A DNA stretch of 45,933 bases, counting the filler, from Catajapyx aquilonaris (Eukaryota), in the NCBI GenBank assembly GCA_000934665.2. It is 2 parts of 2 records of this genome, joined end to end, with 100 filler letters (N's around TTAATTAATTAA, not from the genome) between each part and the next. Parts side by side here need not be neighbours in the genome. Positions count along the whole stretch, not along the records: positions 23,035 to 45,933 come from JYFJ02005798.1; 1 more part is not named here. One strand, written 5' to 3'. How positions within the stretch are numbered: the first letter of the stretch is position 1; each line of letters begins with the position of its first letter. The position numbers and the translations under genes were made by a program. The notes beneath the pieces were generated by a model. The model was given only the letters and a program-made list of their open reading frames with translations. It had not been told where the DNA came from and did not search any database. Positions 38,190 to 45,933 of the stretch are shown here, one piece after another.

Positions 38190-38543
38190 TATATTTGATA
38201 CCAATAATGTACATGTATTCAATTACCTAACACACGTTACATGTTTCCACGTTCCTCATACTCTTCTACCTAGTCATATTGCATCCTCAGGCTATGTGCT
38301 CTGGGGTCGTTGACACTTGTACAGAAATATTTTCTCAAGATTGCTCTGGAACAGTCCTATCTCCCATTTGTTTGCTTCATGACCCAATAGCCATATAGGA
38401 AGGGTCTGAAATGTATATTCTTGCTGCCGGGTAAGATAAGAATGAGTCTCGGGATGTGTTTTAATACCAGAGGGAGTGATTTGGTTTTGCAAGGGGCAAC
38501 TAGACTCATTTCGACTGCCAGTTTGTTGGGGTAGTGTCTGTAA

Positions 38544-38646
38544 CAAGGGGTTATTCACTAAGGGTAGTTCGTGTCCACTACCAAGGTAGTCCAAGGGCAG
38601 TCCAAGTAGTCCGTGTGTGCAAAAAATGTAAATGAATAACCCCTTG
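38544..38646. repeat. Tiny TIR element remnant
   Basis: 14-bp perfect inverted pair caaggggttattca / tgaataaccccttg, with internal ccaag..agt repeats. Confidence 0.55.
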
Positions 38647-39081
38647 GTCTGTATAGTGCTTTGAGAAGACTCAAGAGTGCATATTAGTGGGTATTTTCCA
38701 GAAATTAAAGGTCACGACAGGTGACCACATTCTCTGAAAGTGCCTGTTTCAGAATTGAGCTCACAGTTACATTGGTGGAAATTTCGAGGACACTTGCCTG
38801 ACTGAACTCACCTTTTAGGAGATTTGAGAAAAATTTTAACTGTGCTCTAAACTTTGCTAGAAATATGGCTTGTGGTGGAATAACACAATGTAGGTGAAAA
38901 GCCCTTTCAGTGGCATGTGTGACTCACACTTGAAAGTGAGGCAAAACGAGCATGATAAAATGAGTGTTGAAAGATTTTTACTGATACATCAGGTATCAGT
39001 TCAGCTCTGAAACGTGCTGTATGGTGTAATATTATTTAGGGCCAGGAATCAGGAAAATTGAACTATTTGACAATTTCAGAT

Positions 39082-42000
39082 ATGGACGGTGAAACTCCAG
39101 TAGCTGTGGCAACGAACGGGGGACCTGCGCCGACAAACGGGGGACCTGCGCCGACGAACGGGGGACCTGCGCCGACGAATGGGGGACCTGTGCCGACGAA
39201 TGGAGGCCCTGTGCCGCCACCTCCTGTAGTAATTGGTGGTGGAGGTGGAGGAGACTCACTCCCTGGACGGGGCAGAGGAGGAGGTGGAGAAGGGGGCTTT
39301 CGAGGAGGCCCTGGTAGAGGAGGCCCACCTGGAATGAGGTGAGAGTGTGATATTGAAGCTTTGATAATTGCCAGAAGAACTGTCCTAAGCTTAATTTGTG
39401 TTTATTGTGCAGGGGTCGTGGTGGGCCCCCCATGCGTGGCGGTATGGGCATGGGCATGGGCATGGGCATGCGAGGAGGGCCTGGAGGACGAGGAGGACCC
39501 ATGCGTGGAGGGATGGGGTCCAGAGGACGGGGAGGAGGACCTCCGATGAGGTTAGTATATTTCCCTCCCCTGTACTTGTGCCTGTGTAGGCAATGCTGAA
39601 TGTTTGGTGGCAGAGAGATGCCCTGGTCTCAAATACTCTCATAACTTACCTATTTGGATATGACACAATTATTAAAAGGGCTGTCATGTGATGGTCATTT
39701 TAGAATGTTCCAGACATCACAGAGCATTGACTTGTCAGGATATTAACCACGTCCTTGTTTTGATTGTCAGCATTTTGACCTCTTGCCAGTTCATCCAAGT
39801 GCTACTGATAACACTGATAGGTATGCTTACTAATCTCTCTTTACAGGCAAGATGATGGTTATAATTCGTTTCCTCGAGGCGGGATGTCTCGTGGAGGTGG
39901 ACCCATGGGAAGGGGTAACATGAGGGGTGGGCCCGGAATGCGTGGAGGCATGCGCGGAGGCATGCGCGGAGGCATGCGTGGAGGGCCACCCATGAGAGGT
40001 AAGATGTGTGAAGGAATTGGATGGAAGTGTTGGAATTACTGCTCTCATTAGTTTATAATTAATACCAAAGGAAATGTCTCCCTACCACATACAAATGTTA
40101 TGCCACAACTGATGTCAAAATTGTGCGAAGAGACGCAAGTGATATTAAATGTTGTGTTTTATTCGGAGGGAAAATCAGCACCAATTGGCTGCTGCAGACA
40201 TTTCCCTCCTGATATAATGGTATGGCATTATGGGCGCCAATTTTTTTGTTTATTGATCATGAAAATGTGTGAGAATAATGTAAGAGTAAATGTTCATGCA
40301 CAGTTTTGTAGTGCAGTATTTATCAAGGTTCTCTAAGTAGTCTTCCATACCTGAAAGTGTCTTCTGATCTCTTGGAGATTCAAGTTATAGGAGTGGTACT
40401 GCATTAGTTGCTGTTTTTCTGACTGCACTACATTCTGCTTCTGGAAGGTATGCGAGGAGGCATGGATCGTGGCCGAGGTGGAATGGACCGCGGAAGGGGT
40501 GGCATGGACCGCGGAAGAGGTGGGATGGATCGTGGCAGGGGAGGAATGGATCGTGGCAGGGGAGGAATGGATCGCGGCAGAGGAGGAATGGATCGCGGCA
40601 GAGGAGGAATGGATAGAGGCAGAGGAGGAATGGACCGAGGCAGAGGGGGAATGGATAGAGGCAGAGGGGGAATGGACCGTGGAAGGGGTGGGATGGATCG
40701 TGGCAGGGGTGGGATGGACCGAGGAAGGGGTGGGATGGACCGAGGAAGGGGTGGGATGGATAGGGGCAGGGGAGGAATGGACCGTGGTGGCATGATGAAG
40801 AGGAGCTATGGCGACATGCATGGTGGTATGCCACCAATGAAGCGAAGCCGGTTTGATGATCCCCAGCAGGGTGGAGGCCCTGGGTTTGGGGGCATGCCAA
40901 GGTACCCCAATGCAGGTGGGGCTGGAAGTGATGGTGTTGGGGGCTATTCCTCCAGGCCCAACTTCGGAGGGCAAAACTATTACGACAAACCAAGTTAGTA
41001 TTGTTAACCATATGGAGATAGTTCCTAGGCCCTTTGTCAAATGTGAGCATTTATTTTCAGATGAGGACAATTACGGCGGAGGCTATGCCAATGCAGGGTA
41101 CAACAGCGGGGCTTCTGGTTACCCACCTGCTGTCAATTCTTATGGTAAGCACGAACAATCATTTACTTTCAAACTGGCACTGAGCTGGTCATTGGGGGTG
41201 CAAAATATTCCAATCATGTTCCATAATATCTCCATTGTAATTCCCATTCACAATAAGCCAGTACTTAATATCATGGAATACTTTGCAATTTCTAGATCAA
41301 TGAAATTTATTACTTTTCAATATTCCAAGGCATAATATACAGCTCTCATGCATTCTAGAATGAGCTGGGAGTTTTCCACATTTTTTACTGGGTGTTATCC
41401 ATGGTGATGCATTCCATGGGGTGGGAGGCTGGAGATATTTTAACAGGGTTTTGGCTACCACAGTTTGTTATGATTGCATTGTTATATGGTTATTTTTGTT
41501 TCAGGTTCAAACTACGGAGGTCCAGCTGATTGCAGAGACAATGGCGACTTTACCAAGGATAATGGTAAGTGGGGCAGAGCAGGGGAATTTTGGGAGTGAA
41601 AGAGGTCCTGAAGGATATTCAACTGTGGCTTGAGGGCCACATGCGATCTATTGTGAATCTCATTCCCTAAAGCTGAAGTGTGCAAAGACATTTTTTCCAA
41701 GATTCATATTTGGAATGTGCACAAGCACGAGAAGCACATGATATGTGCAATCTGGCAGTTTCAAGTTTTGCATTTTGACCCTTCCTTAGAAGGAAAGTGT
41801 TTTCATCTTTGAGAAAGATTGTAACATGGCACTTTTGTCGCATGACATGTTCATTCAAGAAGTAGCACTTTATATCCTGGGCAAGAGCCCTGAAATAAAA
41901 TATGAAAACCACTGTGAGAAATTTCTGCAGGAATTCTGTAAAATTGCATCCAAGGGTGACAGTTGTATGGCAGCACTGGGGAAATATCTGGGACCATGCA

Positions 42001-42381
42001 AGAGACATTCAGAGGGTATAGGTAACAAGCATAATAATGTTGGTATTTTGATTAGAATTGAAACTGACATTACAACCAACTGCAGTGGCAACGTTTCATT
42101 CACAATCATAGATGCTTGATATTGGGGAATGACCCAAGAAGTCACTGGGCTTGGGGAAAACTGCAGTTGGTTTTTGGAGCAGAAGGGATCCTTTCTATCC
42201 ATCAGAGGATAACTAATAAGCATTCACAAGCAACTCTTTTCTCGATGTACCCATTGCAGGTGGCGGTGGCTATTATCAGAAATATGGCAGCAGTGGCTAT
42301 GAAGGAATGGGTGATGGGGCAGGGGGAAGGGGGCCGGGGCCCCGGTGGGGTGCTCAGTCAGTACCATCGCACTTCTATTGA
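39082..42381 (+). CDS. Uncharacterised ~452-aa low-complexity RGG/GAR protein (probable disordered RNA-binding protein)
   Basis: Exons 39082-39338, 39413-39550, 39847-39998, 40448-40993, 41061-41144, 41505-41564 and 42260-42381 total 1359 nt and join in phase via GT-AG sites. Content: (TNGGPA/VP)x5, MRGG repeats, (GGMDRGR)x15 + GGMDRGG, and a G/Y/N/S-rich tail ending RWGAQSVPSHFY*. Confidence 0.82.
40456..40791 (+). repeat. Coding 21-bp tandem repeat, 16 units
   Basis: Each unit encodes GGMDRGR (the last GGMDRGG), and the codons vary between units. Confidence 0.95.
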
Positions 42382-45350
42382 GAAAGAGGAAACAAAGAAA
42401 GGCAGGAGCCCCAGCAAAAGAAAGTCCAAAACATATGTGCGCTCTGACAATGAACGCAATCTCATGGGATTGATTTTTAGTACATCCTGGAATGCTTCAT
42501 TTTCTTTGATTTCTGGAATTGTGGTGGCCGTAGGAAAGGTGGCTTGAACGAGATAAAAATGTGTGTGTAGAGGTGCTTACTTGCATCCAAGGACAAGTAT
42601 TATGTTTGACTACTTCCAATGACAACCACCTGAGACTGCAAAGATAAGACTTGGCGTGAGTTTTGTTGCTTCCGACACTTTTTAGAACAAAATACCCTTG
42701 ATGGACCTGAAGATTCTACAAAGGTGGAGACAAATTTAAGTGGGCAAAATGATAAAGACTTCGTATTTAATTGAGTTTTGCCACCTGTTAGCATGTGTTA
42801 GAAGGCAATTGTGTACTGTGCAGCTACCACTTATTGATGTCACAGATATTTTGAAACATTTGCATTGTGTATAGTGGGAGGAGTTTTCTCACTCTGTGCA
42901 ACGTGGTGAATATTGTTTCAGGCATACCTATCATTGATGTGTTAGGAGCAAGTGTTGCCATTAAATTAAGATATTAGGCTACTTGCAACTGAGATTGTAA
43001 GAGCAGAAGTTTAATGTTCACAAAAGCTAGGTAGCTTTGAGATTTTTCTCGTATATGCCTGAATAGTCCATTATCATGTTTGTAAACTTACTTTAATTAT
43101 TTGGACCATATATGTACACTCACATTACATATAGTAAGCAGATTACATTTATGTGTTTTATGTCACCGCACTTTATTTAATACCAAGATACCAATAAAAA
43201 TGCAAAATTTACTACATTTGTATCAGAAAGTTATCCTCTTATGACCTCGTGAATAAATACTGAACAAAAGTGAAAAATGCACTCAAGACGTGATGCTGCA
43301 GTAACATTTCTTAAAATGAGTCTAAAAGTGATTTGGTGGATTAGGACTACTTCATGAGGAGACTGTGGTGTATAATTAAAACACATCTTTTTGTCATTAG
43401 CCATAACACACAGTGAAATGCAGTGCTTCCAGTTTGGTTAGACCAACCATATGAACTGTGGTTTCCTTTTGCCCTGGTGACATCGAAAGAGCTAGTACTA
43501 TACCAGCTTGTGGGGTACTGAAACTGCAAAGCAATGCTGTGTTGAGGCCTTTGGTATGTGTGCCATAAGGAAGTTCTGCCTGTGAGAATTGAGATTGTTG
43601 TTACTCCATTTTGTTGCACAGATACAGGCAGCACCTGACTTACGTAAGTGGATTGTTCCACAACATTATACATGGTCAAATATTGCATAACTTGGATTTT
43701 CACTGTCATATTTAATTGATGCCCTTGACAGTGAGAAGGGATTCTCAGTGAGGTCCTTAAGCAGAGCGTAAATGTCTCGTGTAAACTAAGGATATCCGAC
43801 AGTCTCAGCGGGCAGGTTTAAGTTGCCATGCACTGCAATTTAAGGTGTTTTCCTGACTTGGTGGCACTTTACCAGTAAATTTTGATATATCCATACATTT
43901 TTTGGGCATGCCAGAAATTTTTTGCACAAGTCAGGGTTACTTAAGTCGCGGTTTGCCTGTATGTGGAGGTTTTCTGCGCTGTGCAGCAAGGTAGCATCAT
44001 AACACTGTTGGCTGTGTAGGCAATCTCAGTGTTAACTGGGGTAACAATCTTGACATGCTAAGATGTAAAGTGGCCTTTAATGTAGCCACTGGCAGCTGAG
44101 TTGGTGACAAGTAAATTTGGAGTAAAGTGGAACATGTAATTTAAAATAATATGACGAGGCGTTTGCAAAGTCCTGTTTGGTAATTGGCCAGTAAACCAAC
44201 AAAATCAAATCGTTGAAAGGAAGAAGGAAGGGAGGTAAGTTGCGACACTCATGCTAGATTCCAATTGCTGTAGATGAGTGAATATTAATATTTTATAGAG
44301 AAACTTCTGAGTGAGGAATGTTTCCTCAAGTGTTCAATATTGTGCATAATTATTGTCAGGAAGTCACCAAAGGAGAATGTGGCAACTGTTTCAACCTGGA
44401 AAAAAATTAAATCCAGCATCGCTATATTTTGTAACGAATTGCAGAACTAGCGCAGCTGTCATTTGGTTGTATCTCTGTAACTTGTGACATGGAATGAACA
44501 AGATTTGATTGCAATAGTGTGTTAATGGAAGACCTTGGGTTACATAATATTGGTTTAGATATTCCATGTTTAAATGCTACATGTCATTTCTGAAATATTT
44601 TTGGAAGAAATTTTTCAACATTATTTGCTGCACATGATACACTCCTATGTAGAAAGAAATTTGTTAGTCACACAACCATTTCAAAGCTGGTTGAATTATG
44701 TGAAATAGCAGTTGGTTACATTTATATGAAGGAAACCAGTTCAATAATGGAGGAAGGGATCATCATAAGTACATGTTGAGATATGTGGTATTTACGCATG
44801 TATGCGTCATGTAGAGGGAAAATTTATCTAGGAGGCGACACTTGTGCTTCTCCATTAATTTCCACCACTGTATGCTAGCATGTTAATTCTTCTCCAATGC
44901 CAAAGTGATATTTGGACTGATGTAATACAATGTTGCAGTCAGGTGGGGAAATTTTCTGCTCTAATGTGCCCCTGACAATACTATTGTGCTGCAAGTCATG
45001 GATTCTGCACACTAAGGACATGGAAGTTGTGCTTTGAGAAACAGTAAACATTCAATGAAAGTTGAAAGTATTGATACCTTTTATGAAGCTGTGTCTAGTT
45101 CCCATGGAGATAAAAATGAGCAGTGAGAAAGTGTAATGGTATGATTGATAACTGGACAATTTAAAGGAAGAAGTCTTGTGTGTACAGTTTTGATTCTGCC
45201 ACACATTTTTGGATTCCCTGGGTGATTAAAGTGGGCCTGTGCCTCAATATTTGGGAATCTAGTTGCCTTTCATGTGGGTAAAGCAGGAGAATGAGGACAT
45301 CTGGGAGTTCTGTTTTCGCTTTATAAATTTCTGATATGTGTGATTGTTAA

Positions 45351-45873
45351 CCCTTTGACGGCGGGGTTTTTTTGGGCCGTTTTTTTTTTGTTTCTTGAAA
45401 AAATTTGTAGTAGTCTGAATGATATTAATGGAAAACAATTTGCGCCAATATTTATCATTTTAACTCGTGCTGGTCCTTTTGGATGTAAAATGTCGAAAAT
45501 ATTCATGTACAGGGTGTTCCGGGAAAAAAGTTACAGTGCAGTTAACTTTAAACTTAAATTAATTTGAATTTTTAAAGTCACTATAAAATTGTGTACTATG
45601 GTTACATAGTAATACTGAGACACTGTACTGTTAGAAATCCTTAAAGAGTCCAGACTTATGGGACACCCTGTTCTGCCATCGCAGGAGGGGGTATTTTTTA
45701 GTTAACGCTGGGAGGCGGAAAAACTGATTAGCATAACGCCACGGTAGTTGAGCCCCTTCCACGAGGTGGTAGGAGCAGTTTGAGCTTCAAACGGTGCCAT
45801 TTCTGCCTAAACTCGAGCGCGCCTAGTTTACAAACTGGCATATCATCATATGATGATCGTAGGCCTCAAAGGG
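45351..45873. mobile_element. piggyBac-like non-autonomous element, TTAA TSD
   Basis: TTAA|ccctttgacggc ... gcctcaaaggg|TTAA, with subterminal palindrome atcatcatatgatgat at 45842-45857. Confidence 0.8.
45510..45670. mobile_element. Tc1/mariner-type MITE remnant nested in the piggyBac-like element
   Basis: TA|cagggtgttcc ... gggacaccctg, the same terminus type as the 37947 element. Confidence 0.6.
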
Positions 45874-45933
45874 TTAAACACTGAATTTTTGGTAGTAAGG
45901 TGCGAGGATTTTCATTCTTTATGGAAAACACCA

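Noticed and set aside
40456..40791. Idea that the RGG heptad array replaces the missing CTD of the RPB1 fragment
   Set aside because: The heptad period is coincidental. It has no Ser/Tyr/Pro chemistry, lies on the opposite strand 20 kb away, and is across an artificial gap.
40333..41070. Long antisense and alternate-frame ORFs (IPPLPRS, HPFLGPS, EEWIAA repeats)
   Set aside because: Shadows of the 21-bp coding repeat. Only the GGMDRGR frame is invariant and in phase with flanking exons.
42116..42547. 143-aa ORF
   Set aside because: Wrong frame. The spliced terminal exon of the RGG gene uses another frame ending at 42381.
42600..45300. Possible additional gene downstream of the RGG gene
   Set aside because: No recognisable exon chain or motif. 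Likely 3' UTR or intergenic sequence.

Overview
Eukaryotic genomic DNA, most likely arthropod/insect (short GT-AG introns, many insect-type DNA transposon relics). A 100-bp artificial gap (44 N + TTAATTAATTAA + 44 N) at 22935-23034 splits it into two segments whose adjacency is unproven. Left segment: transposon/MITE debris (1-7000) and a multi-exon ATAD2-like gene on the minus strand (AAA + bromodomain, both ends not found). These are followed by a CpG-rich accessory block (14.9-22.2 kb) holding a recent DD35E Tc1-like element with ~517-bp TIRs, two divergent Ly6/uPAR (quiver/sleepless-like) GPI-anchored gene copies, a Gypsy relic, and a spliced, frame-intact but catalytically dead and CTD-less partial RPB1 duplicate. 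Right segment: RASA3/GAP1 (plus strand, first exon missing), mariner and Tigger relics, and a complete TBL1/ebi gene (minus strand). Head-to-head with ebi is a 7-coding-exon gene for a ~452-aa wholly low-complexity RGG protein with 16 tandem GGMDRG(R) heptads. The best candidates for novelty are the RPB1 fragment and the RGG heptad protein. All family assignments come from motif recognition by eye, not database searches.
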